Translations under genes and position numbers: made by a program
Shown: piece by piece, positions 1 through 9,438 of the stretch
Numbering within the stretch: the first letter of the stretch is position 1
Layout: each line of letters begins with the position of its first letter
The notes under the pieces: model-generated
Told to the model about the DNA's origin: nothing
What the model saw: only the letters and a program-made list of their open reading frames with translations
Databases searched by the model: none
IMG/VR virus record: IMGVR_UViG_3300010160_000047
Location: 1,789-65,788 of that record
Direction: 5' to 3' (one strand)
Source of the DNA: a virus
Lineage: Duplodnaviria > Caudoviricetes
Length of the DNA stretch: 64,000 nucleotides

Positions 1-298
1 ACCTTGGGGAATCTGTTCTTAGATTTCCAGTCAAGATAATTCCTGCATCTCCACCACGTTTTATTTTTTCAGAAGTAAAAGGATTAGTGATTTCCATTAC
101 ACCAGACCCTCTAGCCCATTTTCTTCCAAATAACGTAGTGGTTACTTCAAAAGACCATTGACCTAGGAATACATTATCCAACAAGGTTTGGATATGTGAA
201 ATCGGAAGGTATAAACTCCCATCATCATTCTTTCTGGTTGCTGTTGCATCTGGATCTTGATTCATATCCAAGATAAATTGCTTTAATTGTTCATTCAT
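1..298 (-). CDS. Rad52/Sak-like single-strand annealing protein (partial, runs off the window start)
   Basis: Not in ORF track. Manual translation MNEQLKQFILDMNQDP...SLYLPISHIQTLLDNVFLGQWSFEV...RGGDAGIILTG resembles phage Rad52-family N-termini. ATGA overlap with the upstream ORF stop. Confidence 0.65.
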   Translation of the reverse strand, partial: MNEQLKQFILDMNQDPDATATRKNDDGSLYLPISHIQTLLDNVFLGQWSFEVTTTLFGRKWARGSGVMEITNPFTSEKIKRGGDAGIILTGNLRTDSPR

Positions 299-474
299 TT
301 TTCTAGAGTTTTGCTTAATAATTCTGTTGCAGTTAAAAGTAGTTTGTTAACGTACTTCAGACGTTCAATCTCTTTGTTGTTTAATTTTTTTTTGATAACA
401 ATGTTGAATAAAATGTCCGTTACCACAGACAAATCCTCTAGCAATTCAATGTCAACCGTTACTTTTTTAGCCAT
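295..474 (-). CDS. hypothetical protein (MAKKVTVDIELL...)
   Basis: ORF track 295..513. ATG at 474 preferred because a consensus promoter lies at 502-531. Confidence 0.6.
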   Translation of the reverse strand: MAKKVTVDIELLEDLSVVTDILFNIVIKKKLNNKEIERLKYVNKLLLTATELLSKTLEK

Positions 475-501
475 AGTTTTGTTTTTTGGATGAATAATAA
501 G

Positions 502-531
502 CAAATATACCACTCTTTACCACAACGCAAA
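502..531 (-). promoter_or_regulatory. Bacteroidota primary-sigma promoter (leftward)
   Basis: Minus strand reads TTTG-N18-TATATTTG, matching the -33/-7 consensus TTTG/TAnnTTTG. Confidence 0.65.
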
Positions 532-808
532 ATAATATTACTCATTTTGTATTTTCATTAACTTATCTCCCCTACATTTCGCCAACCAAATAATAAAAGA
601 AAACCAACCACACCCTCCCTTTACAAAAAATTTTCTCTAGCAACGCACTTGGCTAGGTGTACGCCGGGGAAATTGTAACGTGGCCGCCATTGGGCTTTCG
701 TTTAACTTTACCGGGTGGCCTAACTTTTCCGCTTTGTTTGTTGTCGTAGTTGGATCTTATTACTTTGTTGCTGTGGTTGGGTTGGGCTGTGGGGTGGGTT
801 AAACTTTT

Positions 809-911
809 TTTGTTGCCATATCTTTTTTAATCTGCTTAGTTCGTATCACTTGCTTTGTCTCTCGCTTTGGTTGGGTATGGTAGGCTGTAGAGGGGATTGT
901 TAATTGTTTGT
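809..911. repeat. left copy of perfect inverted repeat (partner 63898-64000)
   Basis: 809-911 is the exact reverse complement of 63898-64000 (checked by eye). The match breaks at 912/63897 and is cut by the window edge on the other side. Confidence 0.95.
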
Positions 912-1022
912 AGCCATTATCTGCCACCTAGCAGTAGGATGGTGGCTTATTAAATTTTTATAGCCTAGAATAGCCTAAAAACCTGCGTAATATTTTTATT
1001 GTATTTTTTTTTAAGAAATAAA

Positions 1023-1054
1023 TTTGGAAAATAAATTACCACAATTTACCTTTG
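1023..1054 (+). promoter_or_regulatory. Bacteroidota primary-sigma promoter (rightward)
   Basis: TTTG-N20-TACCTTTG upstream of ORF 1122. Confidence 0.7.
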
Positions 1055-1121
1055 AGTAACAATTAGTAATATTTAGTAACTTAAAAAAGAGCATTTATTT
1101 TCATTCCGTAACAAATCGTAA

Positions 1122-1346
1122 ATGGGTAAATTTGATAAAAAAGAAGTCTGCGAATATTGCGAGGAAAAAATGAACGCAATATATAGAAACAAAAGGTTTT
1201 GCTCTACCAAATGTAGGGTCTACTGGAACAGAGCAAATAGAAATATACAAGTTTTGCCTACTCCTGTAATAATTAAAGAAGCTCCTATAGTTAATAATAT
1301 ATCATTTTGGCAGAAAATGAGAAACAAGAAAAATGGAATAAAATGA
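1122..1346 (+). CDS. small Zn-finger-like protein
   Basis: CEYC...FCSTKCR motif. Confidence 0.6.
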   Translation: MGKFDKKEVCEYCEEKMNAIYRNKRFCSTKCRVYWNRANRNIQVLPTPVIIKEAPIVNNISFWQKMRNKKNGIK

Positions 1347-1413
1347 AATGGAATCCATCAGATGGGATAGAAGATCCCGAAGAAATGCAAGACAATAATT
1401 TAAAATAATAACT

Positions 1414-1788
1414 ATGACATCAATAGAATGGTTAATAGAACAATTAATGGAAAGAGGTTTCCAAGAAAAGAATTTTGAAATTCTTAACCAAGCCAAACTC
1501 ATACACAAGCAAGAGATAATAGATGCTTATACTATTGGAAGCTACGATATGGCAGAAAAAGAATTTAAACCTGAACAATACTATCAAGAAACATTTGTAA
1601 GTAAGGGAAGTGATAACCATATTTCTGACATCAGCAAAATGGTAGAAGTTCCCCAACAAGAAATATCAGATGAAGAAATAGAGAAATCAGCAAATTATTT
1701 TTATCCATTATTAGGAGAACAAAGTAAAAAGGCATTATGGATAAATGGTTGTAAATGGTATAGAGAACAATTAAAAACTAAAACATAA
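1414..1788 (+). CDS. phage hypothetical protein
   Basis: MTSIEWLIEQL...HKQEIIDAY...EISDEEIEK, a type of small protein common in Bacteroidota phages. Confidence 0.7.
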   Translation: MTSIEWLIEQLMERGFQEKNFEILNQAKLIHKQEIIDAYTIGSYDMAEKEFKPEQYYQETFVSKGSDNHISDISKMVEVPQQEISDEEIEKSANYFYPLLGEQSKKALWINGCKWYREQLKTKT

Positions 1789-1793
1789 ATAAA

Positions 1794-1973
1794 ATGGATG
1801 CACTACAACAATTTCAAGACATCTGCGACATTGCAGACAGAAACTATCTAAATATGTTTGATACAAGAATTATCAAATGCAAACAAGAGATAGAGATGAA
1901 ACAAAGCGAACTAAAACATTGGGAGCAGATGAAGGAAATATATTTAGAAAACAAGAAGGATGTTAAAGGTTAA
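1794..1973 (+). CDS. hypothetical 59-aa coiled-coil protein
   Basis: Not in track. MDALQQFQDICDIADRNY...KKDVKG with A-rich start context, following the previous stop. Confidence 0.55.
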   Translation: MDALQQFQDICDIADRNYLNMFDTRIIKCKQEIEMKQSELKHWEQMKEIYLENKKDVKG

Positions 1974-2314
1974 TTTTATTTCTTATTCATACAATAATTA
2001 AAATAAAAAAAATGAACCAGCAAAAAATACAAAACAAAGAAAAATTCATAAGCCTATTAGTATGGGCATCTATCATTTGTATCGCTGTTGTCAGCTTGGG
2101 GCTGATATTTAAGATATGAATAGACATAAATGGTCGGTACTAGACGTATGTGAAAGATGTTCATTAGAAAGAAAAAATATAATGAATGTTATGGGAAAAT
2201 ATATCTCTCATTATAAAGTAAATAAATTATGGACTAAAATAAGACCTTTATGTATAACAAAAATTCCCAAACAAGATAATTAAAAAATACTATTAACCAA
2301 GCAATATTTTAATA

Positions 2315-2662
2315 ATGAATAAAAAAGAAAGTTTTGCTGACAATACCTATAGTTTAGCAAAAGGAATGCATCACATTAATTTAGCCAAGATGTATTTTGA
2401 AGATGTAAGATTTGGAACTACAAGCGAAATTAAAATGGTATTTAACCAGTACATACAAAAATGTGATTGGATAATGAATAATTTAAAGCACCGATTAAGT
2501 GAAGAAAATAGAAAAAATTTACAAATTGAATTAGATGATTCAATATCTTTTGAAGCAATTAATGATAAATTAGTCCGGCTAGATAGCAATCAAAGATTAT
2601 TATTAGAATCTATTATTGATAGTTTAATTAAAGGAGAAGAAATAAAAGTAGTAGAAAATTAA
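2315..2662 (+). CDS. hypothetical protein
   Basis: 115-aa ORF in operon orientation. Confidence 0.7.
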   Translation: MNKKESFADNTYSLAKGMHHINLAKMYFEDVRFGTTSEIKMVFNQYIQKCDWIMNNLKHRLSEENRKNLQIELDDSISFEAINDKLVRLDSNQRLLLESIIDSLIKGEEIKVVEN

Positions 2663-2672
2663 AATAAAAAAC

Positions 2673-4145
2673 ATGAATGTACTTTCTTTATTTGATGGAA
2701 TGTCCTGCGGTAGACAAGCTTTAGAAAGAGCAGGTATAGAGGTTGATAAATATTTTGCTTCTGAAATTGATAAATATGCCATTACAGTTACAATGGCTAA
2801 TTATCTAGATACAATTCAATTAGGATCAGTAGTAAATGTTGATGGGCATTCTTTACCTAAAATTGATTTACTTATTGGTGGATCACCTTGCCAATCATTT
2901 TCATTTGCCGGTAAAAGGAAAGGAATGAGTACAAAAGATGAACAAGAAATATTGACTCTTGAGCATTATTTGCAATTAAAATCAGAAGGATTTGAATTTG
3001 AAGGTCAATCTTATTTGTTTTGGGAATATATGCGATTGCTAAATGAGTTAAGGCAAAAAAACCCGAAAGTTTGTTTTCTTTTAGAGAATGTTGAGATGGG
3101 TGAAAAATGGGAAAAGGTATTAAGCAAAGCAATTGGAATAAATGGTATTCATATTAATTCATCTCTTGTTTCTGCACAAAATCGTAAACGTATTTATTGG
3201 ACTAATATTGGAATGCGTCCTGCTGGATTATTTGGTGATATGCAAAGTATAATTGAACAACCAAAAAATAAAAATATTTTATTAAAAGACATACTTGAAC
3301 ATGAAGTAGATAAAAAATATTATTTAAGTGAAAAACTTATTGCAGGATTTGAAAAACACAAAATAAGACATGATGAGAAAGGAACTGGTTTTGGATTTAA
3401 GCCTAAAGAAGAAAATCAAAAAGGAAATTCATTAAGAGCAAACGCATCAATTTGTGCTACTGATAATATGCTTATAGTACATAACACACAAAAAAGAAGT
3501 GCAGATAGGCCATCTATTCAAAAAAATAAAAACGCTGGTGGTAGTGGACATTTATCAAGAACGGATGGCAAAACATATAGTTTAGATACAGGAAATACAA
3601 ATGCTATTGAAATAAAATATCAAAATGAAATTGAAAAATCTTTATTAAATGAAAAAGCAACAACAATTGATGCAAGTTATTACAAAGGCTTTGGAGTAAG
3701 AAATGGAACTTGTAGGCAAGTTGTTCAAGTAAGTACAAATAATAAATCAAATGGAGGAACTCAACCATATCAACAAGATAGAATTTATGATATTGATGGC
3801 ATAAGTCCTGCACTAACAAGTCAACTGCCGAAAGGAAGTTCAATGATTTATTTAAATGAAAATCAACAGAAAAAATTTAACCCAACTATAAATTCAGATA
3901 AAGCAAATACATTAACACTTGCTCAAGGAAGAGCAGGAAGTAGTGATGAATATATGGACGCAGTTAGTAAGATTGCTAATATTACTTCACGCATTCGCAG
4001 ATTAACTCCAATAGAATGCGAACGATTGCAAACAGTTCCAGATAACTATACTAACTATGTTTCAGATAGCCAACGATACAAAATGCTAGGTAATGGATGG
4101 ACAATTTCTGTGATATCTCACATTTTTTCTTATATAAACAAATAA
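2673..4145 (+). CDS. DNA cytosine-C5 methyltransferase
   Basis: Motif I LSLFDGMSCG, motif IV GGSPCQSFS, motif VI LLENV, motif VIII QNRKRIYW, motifs IX/X RRLTPIECERLQ and LGNGW. Confidence 0.95.
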   Translation: MNVLSLFDGMSCGRQALERAGIEVDKYFASEIDKYAITVTMANYLDTIQLGSVVNVDGHSLPKIDLLIGGSPCQSFSFAGKRKGMSTKDEQEILTLEHYLQLKSEGFEFEGQSYLFWEYMRLLNELRQKNPKVCFLLENVEMGEKWEKVLSKAIGINGIHINSSLVSAQNRKRIYWTNIGMRPAGLFGDMQSIIEQPKNKNILLKDILEHEVDKKYYLSEKLIAGFEKHKIRHDEKGTGFGFKPKEENQKGNSLRANASICATDNMLIVHNTQKRSADRPSIQKNKNAGGSGHLSRTDGKTYSLDTGNTNAIEIKYQNEIEKSLLNEKATTIDASYYKGFGVRNGTCRQVVQVSTNNKSNGGTQPYQQDRIYDIDGISPALTSQLPKGSSMIYLNENQQKKFNPTINSDKANTLTLAQGRAGSSDEYMDAVSKIANITSRIRRLTPIECERLQTVPDNYTNYVSDSQRYKMLGNGWTISVISHIFSYINK

Positions 4146-4148
4146 ATT

Positions 4149-4889
4149 ATGCAGAGAGTAATAAATTTTAGTGGTGGAAAAACTAGTGCTTATATGACTA
4201 TTCACACTTATCAGCCGGGAGATTTGGTTATATTTTGTGATACCGGCAGAGAGCATGAAAAGACTTATAAATTCATTAATGATTTTGAAGCACATGAAAA
4301 TATCCCAATTATAAGGCTTAAATACATGGATCAAGAAAACCCATTTGATTTTTTATTGGCTAGAAAAAATTATAAAGTTATTCCTAATCGTATGAAACGG
4401 ATTTGTACAGTTGAGTTAAAAGTAAAAACCTGTAAAAGATATTTAAAAACATTAGGTATACTTAGATTTGAAAATTTTATTGGCTTCAGATCAGATGAAC
4501 CACTTAGAATTAAAAGACACGTTGAAAGATTCAAGAAAGTTAAAACTCAATTTCCACTATATGAAAAAGGAATAGATAAGCCAATGATTAATGATTTTTG
4601 GTCAAAAAAACTTTATAATTTAGAAATACCATCTATTTTAGGTAATTGTGATCTTTGTTTTATGAAAGGAAAGAATGCCATAATAAGTATCCTATCGGTA
4701 TATCCAGAACTTGCAGATAAATGGATTGCTGATGAAGAAAAAGCACAAGTAAATGGTATGGGTGGTGGTCATCGTTATTTTACCGATGTAGATTATAAAA
4801 CTCTTAAACAAATTGCTCAAAACAATCTCTTTAAACCTACTGATTTAAATGAAGTTGCCCCTGCATTTAATTGCGCTTGTACCACTTAA
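4149..4889 (+). CDS. PAPS reductase-like (adenine nucleotide alpha-hydrolase fold) protein with Cys cluster
   Basis: PP-loop FSGGKTS, FCDTGREH, CTVELK, IGFRSDE, GNCDLCF, C-terminal CAC. Confidence 0.85.
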   Translation: MQRVINFSGGKTSAYMTIHTYQPGDLVIFCDTGREHEKTYKFINDFEAHENIPIIRLKYMDQENPFDFLLARKNYKVIPNRMKRICTVELKVKTCKRYLKTLGILRFENFIGFRSDEPLRIKRHVERFKKVKTQFPLYEKGIDKPMINDFWSKKLYNLEIPSILGNCDLCFMKGKNAIISILSVYPELADKWIADEEKAQVNGMGGGHRYFTDVDYKTLKQIAQNNLFKPTDLNEVAPAFNCACTT

Positions 4890-4898
4890 AAAAATAAA

Positions 4899-5123
4899 AT
4901 GAATTTTGGAAAATATAAAAAAGCAAAGTATCAGTTAGTAATTGATACTAAAGTTGTATATTTTTTTGTAACTACAATACATTCAGAAGAAGAGTGTATA
5001 GAAATATTAAAAGAAGAAGCTAAATTTCATCGTACATCAATGAAAAGATATTATTCCATAAATAAAAAAGAAGATACATCAAACAGGACTCTTTTTATGG
5101 GAAAATTAGAACCATTAGGGTAA
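4899..5123 (+). CDS. hypothetical protein
   Basis: 74-aa ORF ending the rightward operon. Confidence 0.5.
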   Translation: MNFGKYKKAKYQLVIDTKVVYFFVTTIHSEEECIEILKEEAKFHRTSMKRYYSINKKEDTSNRTLFMGKLEPLG

Positions 5124-5369
5124 TACTTTTTCTTCTAAAATAAGTGTTTGGTCAGTCCCATTTTCCATTACACTTATTCTATTTTTTTTTACAACTATTT
5201 TTAATTTGCCTAAGGTAAATGGAAATTCTGAAGCTTTGCAAATAATATAACCAGCTATATCATTTAATAAAAATTGATTTGATCCTTCATTATTTAATGC
5301 TGCTACATTAGCAATATCTTTATTTAATAAACCAGGTTTTAAAAATATTATAGATAATTCTGTTTTCAT
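5115..5369 (-). CDS. hypothetical protein
   Basis: 84-aa ORF ending the leftward replication operon. Confidence 0.6.
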   Translation of the reverse strand: MKTELSIIFLKPGLLNKDIANVAALNNEGSNQFLLNDIAGYIICKASEFPFTLGKLKIVVKKNRISVMENGTDQTLILEEKVLP

Positions 5370-5375
5370 TTTTTA

Positions 5376-5972
5376 TTATTTAAATCTTGATTCTACAATT
5401 TTTAATCTTGCTCTCATATTAATAATCATTTCTTTTAACTCTTCTCTAGACCATTTTTTAGTCAATCTAGAATCTTCTAAAAGAGTTGTTGATAGTCCTT
5501 GAGATTCCATATCTAATCTTTTTGCAAATTCTATTATATTGCCATAATATAATTGATTGCATTTTTTACATTGCGGCCTCATATTTCTTAAATCCCATCT
5601 AAGGTTCATAACTGTCCGTGGCACATAATGTCCACAATCTAAATTTTTCCAATGATCTATTGTGCCACAAGTATAACAACTTGCATTACCTAATTTATCA
5701 GCTTCTAATTGTCTAATAAATTTACTTACTATTTGATCTAAATCTTGAATTAAATAATTACGTTCTGCAATAGCAGGATCAGATACTTCATTTTGTAATT
5801 TATATAATTTCCTAGATAAAGCACTTTTGTTTGTTTTATTTAATTGTGATTGCATTTTTTGTTTACTCCGGCAATTTAAACAAAATAGATTTTTCCCTAC
5901 TTTTATACAATCAACATTTTTTGCCTCACAATTTTCATTTGAACAATCGCCAAATTTAGTTCTTGGAATCAT
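5376..5972 (-). CDS. ninG: NinG/Rap-family HNH recombination endonuclease
   Basis: CYTCG...LDCGHYVPR...RWDLRNMRPQCKKCN, plus an N-terminal Cys cluster. Confidence 0.85.
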   Translation of the reverse strand: MIPRTKFGDCSNENCEAKNVDCIKVGKNLFCLNCRSKQKMQSQLNKTNKSALSRKLYKLQNEVSDPAIAERNYLIQDLDQIVSKFIRQLEADKLGNASCYTCGTIDHWKNLDCGHYVPRTVMNLRWDLRNMRPQCKKCNQLYYGNIIEFAKRLDMESQGLSTTLLEDSRLTKKWSREELKEMIINMRARLKIVESRFK

Positions 5973-6162
5973 TAGTATTATTTTGAGTGTCAGAAGAAGG
6001 CATTATTTTTACATTTTCAAACAAACCTTTTTTTCTAGCTGTTTCAATAAGCGTAATGCCATTTTCATGCAGATAATCATCGCTCATACAAGCGTGAGTA
6101 AGTTCACCAATAAAAAGAACTTTTTCAACTACTGTCATTTCAGAATACTTTTTACAAATCAT
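5956..6162 (-). CDS. hypothetical protein
   Basis: 68-aa ORF within the operon. Confidence 0.6.
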   Translation of the reverse strand: MICKKYSEMTVVEKVLFIGELTHACMSDDYLHENGITLIETARKKGLFENVKIMPSSDTQNNTNDSKN

Positions 6163-6179
6163 TGTTATAGGTTTAATAA

Positions 6180-8252
6180 TTAAAAATTAATGTCAATGCC
6201 ATTATCATCTTTATAAGGTTTCCATGTTGTTTTTGTTTCTAATATTGGAGGTATTTTTATTTCAGGTTGTTTATATTGTCTTTTATAATGCCAAGCAGCA
6301 ACTGGATCTATTGGACTTCCTCCTTCCTCTAATCTTTCTAAAAAAGCACATCCATTTTTATACATTTCAAATTTTACAGGAAAATCTAACGAAGTTGGTC
6401 TTCCTCCTGTTTCTGTATCCTTAATTTTTCGCACATGGACTTCCGTTACCATCCAATCAGTTGGATGCTGAGTAATACGATGGATAGTCAAAAAATCATC
6501 AGTTTTATTAGCTACCTTTTGTCCTCCTTCTGTGTCTGCTTTATTTGGAGCGGCTTGATATTTCTTTTCGCCATCTTTTGTTCTTGCTGCTGCTGTTACT
6601 GCGTGATGATTCACAAACCAGCCAAAATTATTTTTTTGTCCAAAAGCTTTTATTTCACTTAGAGCTTCATAATGATATTCGTGTGTACTTAATTTGCTAA
6701 ATCCACTTAAATCAATCTTTAAAGAATTGTACGGATCAATCATTCCATAATTATACTTTTTTACTTTCATCGTTTTCTTAACCATATTGATAATGTCCTT
6801 GTAATTGTATAAATCTTCTTGTGCTTTTATAAGCGAAAAATGACTTTCAATAAAATCTTTAGCTATTTTATATTCAGTTTCATTCATTGCATGATTACCA
6901 ACCAATGGCTTTCCCCAATAGAATTGTATCATTTTTCTCATAAAAGCACCAAGAGTATTCTCACTTGAAAAAATTATTCCTTTCCACCCATGATACATTG
7001 CAGCCAATAAACACAAGTACCAAGTAAAAACTGATTTACCTGTATTATCTATACCATTAGTCATTACTAAGTTTCCCTCTTTAAAAAGAAAGTGCTTATC
7101 TAAACTAGGACTCCCGGTAGTTAATCCCATCTGCAATGTGCCATCTATAACTGACTTTAAATAATCATTATAATCCTCTGGCTTAGCTAAAAAAGAAAAA
7201 TCATCATCTTCTACATTTACTCTTGAAGTTATTACCCTTGTGCTTGTTGGTTCTTTTTTAATTTCTTCCCTATCTCCATACCCTAGTTCATAAAGTTTTC
7301 TACTTGCCTCTGCAAAATCTTTATTGCATTCTAGAACAGCAAATACAGCATATGGCAGGTAAGCTTTTTCAGGTTCAAAATCGCTACTTGTAGTAAATAC
7401 CGAAAACCATTTCTTATTTTCATCGTAATTACCAGAAGTTTGAGAAGATACTTGACCTGGCCTTAAAAAAATAATCTTTGCACCTTGTCTACGGACAACT
7501 TTCCACCCATTTTTTTCTAATAACCCAACTATATCTGCCCTATTGTTATAATCATCAAATGCAGATAATCCTTTTATTTTTTTATTATTTATCTTAATTG
7601 GGGCAATAAATTCCTCAACAACCTCGTTAAATTGTCGGGCTATTCCCATTAAAGTATCTCTTTCTTCATCTGTTAATTCGCAAATACTATAAAAATCACC
7701 ATGAATTAACTTATATCCTACGGATGGATAGCAGACAATTTGACCCCCTATACCCCTAGTTTCTATAAGAACCCTCACCTTGTCATTTATCTTTGATTTT
7801 TGAGCCACTTCCTTCGCTGTGGTGTCATCCTTGCCCTTTAGTAGTTCTGATTCATAAGTTTTTTGGTAAGTTTCGTTCTTTTCTTGGTCGGTAGTAGACC
7901 GATTTGCCAACTTAGTGTTACCCCCAATATTTTTACTTCGGAAAATGAAATGGTATCCTCCATTTTTTGTTTCTTGGACAACAAGTTTTGATAATAATTT
8001 TGGATCTAGTTCGTGAATCAATCTTTTATAATTTTCACAAAGCTTACCGTCAAGGCTATATTTTTGGTCAATGTCAATAACTTCAACATTGCCTGATGGC
8101 TTACCACAAACCAATCCGACTGCAATGCAATTACTCAAATCGTATTTCTGAGTTGAATTTTGCCAATCTTTTACAATTGGTTGCTTCATTGCGTTTACTG
8201 GAATAAACTGCAACCCTTCTATTTCGTGTAATTCTTCACAATTCATAGCCAT
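6180..8252 (-). CDS. bifunctional Prim-Pol primase / DnaB-like (SF4) helicase
   Basis: N-terminal VIDID, TKNGGYHFIF and ETRGIGGQIV (AEP Prim-Pol). C-terminal Walker A GIDNTGKS, FSSEN and Walker B MIDPYN. Confidence 0.9.
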   Translation of the reverse strand: MAMNCEELHEIEGLQFIPVNAMKQPIVKDWQNSTQKYDLSNCIAVGLVCGKPSGNVEVIDIDQKYSLDGKLCENYKRLIHELDPKLLSKLVVQETKNGGYHFIFRSKNIGGNTKLANRSTTDQEKNETYQKTYESELLKGKDDTTAKEVAQKSKINDKVRVLIETRGIGGQIVCYPSVGYKLIHGDFYSICELTDEERDTLMGIARQFNEVVEEFIAPIKINNKKIKGLSAFDDYNNRADIVGLLEKNGWKVVRRQGAKIIFLRPGQVSSQTSGNYDENKKWFSVFTTSSDFEPEKAYLPYAVFAVLECNKDFAEASRKLYELGYGDREEIKKEPTSTRVITSRVNVEDDDFSFLAKPEDYNDYLKSVIDGTLQMGLTTGSPSLDKHFLFKEGNLVMTNGIDNTGKSVFTWYLCLLAAMYHGWKGIIFSSENTLGAFMRKMIQFYWGKPLVGNHAMNETEYKIAKDFIESHFSLIKAQEDLYNYKDIINMVKKTMKVKKYNYGMIDPYNSLKIDLSGFSKLSTHEYHYEALSEIKAFGQKNNFGWFVNHHAVTAAARTKDGEKKYQAAPNKADTEGGQKVANKTDDFLTIHRITQHPTDWMVTEVHVRKIKDTETGGRPTSLDFPVKFEMYKNGCAFLERLEEGGSPIDPVAAWHYKRQYKQPEIKIPPILETKTTWKPYKDDNGIDINF

Positions 8253-8736
8253 CTAATTTATTTTGAATTTTTCTGTCTAATATTTTTCTAAAACTCATGT
8301 AATTTGAAAGAACTTTTGCGATGTAGTCTACGTTTACACAATTGCCAAAGAAAACAATTTGATCCGCAGATTCGCCATTTGCGTACCTGTATCCACCCAT
8401 CGCATTAAGCCTAAATGCTAATAAAATTTCTTCCAAAGTCAACTCTTCATACCCAAAATCCAAAATAAATGTAGCGATTTCTTCAGCAATAAACCTTGCA
8501 AAAAATTCGGTATTTGGCAAAGCGCATCCGCAAATACCTGCAACTCGGAGCATTATCTGATCTACCGATATTTTCAAGTCAGATTCATCCAACTGGCAAA
8601 AAGAAAAACTAGTATACCTAGCTTCCACTATCCTTTCTTCCGTTTTGTTTAGTTTTACTGTGGGTAGCAAATCTTTGAGCAAATAACTCTTCCCCCTGTG
8701 ATTTAAAATTTCCGCTAAATTTTCCATTTTTTTCAT
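8236..8736 (-). CDS. putative helicase loader / replication accessory protein
   Basis: Lies between initiator and primase-helicase and overlaps the 3' end of the initiator. Function inferred from position. Confidence 0.55.
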   Translation of the reverse strand: MKKMENLAEILNHRGKSYLLKDLLPTVKLNKTEERIVEARYTSFSFCQLDESDLKISVDQIMLRVAGICGCALPNTEFFARFIAEEIATFILDFGYEELTLEEILLAFRLNAMGGYRYANGESADQIVFFGNCVNVDYIAKVLSNYMSFRKILDRKIQNKLDGYEL

Positions 8737-9163
8737 TTTTTAGTTTAATAATGTCTTTATCCTTATCCTTATCCTTATCCTTAACCCTATCCTTGAGGTC
8801 AATTAGACCTCTAATTAAATTAATATCTATTTTATGCTTTTTATAAATATTTTCTATACTTTCATGTACTCTATTATTGGGATTAAAAGTAGTTCCGTAT
8901 TGAAACACAAAAAAATCAGAAATCAACCAAATTGAATCTGAAATAACCTTAATTCTCTCTTTACCATTATTAAAATATATAAGGGCTTGTGTTGAGGTCA
9001 GCTTGACCTCATTAAGACTACAAAATGACCTCAAATTAACCTTAAATATACCAGCGTGATCACATGAAGAAAGTATATAAAACCAAAATAATTTATATTC
9101 AATAGACATTTCTAAAAACCAGTCTTCATCCCATATTTCCGTAGAAATAAATCTTTTAGCCAT
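8618..9163 (-). CDS. phage replication initiator-like protein
   Basis: MAKRFISTEIWDEDWF...KLFWFYILSSCDHAG N-terminus and DKDKDKDKD linker typical of phage replisome organisers. Confidence 0.75.
   Translation of the reverse strand: MAKRFISTEIWDEDWFLEMSIEYKLFWFYILSSCDHAGIFKVNLRSFCSLNEVKLTSTQALIYFNNGKERIKVISDSIWLISDFFVFQYGTTFNPNNRVHESIENIYKKHKIDINLIRGLIDLKDRVKDKDKDKDKDIIKLKNEKNGKFSGNFKSQGEELFAQRFATHSKTKQNGRKDSGS
8795..9032. repeat. iteron-like palindromes GAGGTC-N5-GACCTC (candidate origin)
   Basis: Full sites at 8795-8811 and 8994-9010, half site at 9027-9032, all inside the initiator gene. Confidence 0.6.
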
Positions 9164-9166
9164 AAA

Positions 9167-9361
9167 TTATTTTTTAAATTTTGTTTCTAAAACATCGTTT
9201 ATTTTTTGCAAAACCTCATCAGTTAATAATACTCTATCAGCAAGTATATTTGAAATATGTTCTTGTGATATACCTGATTTATCAGCTAACCAAACTTGTT
9301 TTGTTCCTTTACTTTCTAAATAATCTTTAATCTGATTTGGAATACTTTTTGAACTTTTCAT
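9167..9361 (-). CDS. Cro/XRE-family HTH regulator
   Basis: IKDYLESKGTKQVWLADKSGISQEHISNIL helix-turn-helix. Confidence 0.85.
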   Translation of the reverse strand: MKSSKSIPNQIKDYLESKGTKQVWLADKSGISQEHISNILADRVLLTDEVLQKINDVLETKFKK

Positions 9362-9381
9362 ATTTTCTTTTTTTTATTTTG

Positions 9382-9412
9382 CAAATCTATACCATAAAAG
9401 ATTTATTTCAAA
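9382..9412 (-). promoter_or_regulatory. Bacteroidota promoter for the HTH/replication operon
   Basis: Minus strand TTTG-N19-TAGATTTG. Confidence 0.7.
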
Positions 9413-9438
9413 ATTTATTTTTTAAAAGAAAAATTTTG

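Noticed and set aside
799-819. ATG with A-rich leader inside the inverted repeat (minus strand)
   Set aside because: Reads only MATKKV before a stop.
2673-5123. Restriction-modification or complete Dnd phosphorothioation system
   Set aside because: No cognate endonuclease and no DndA/D/E or Ssp partners are visible.
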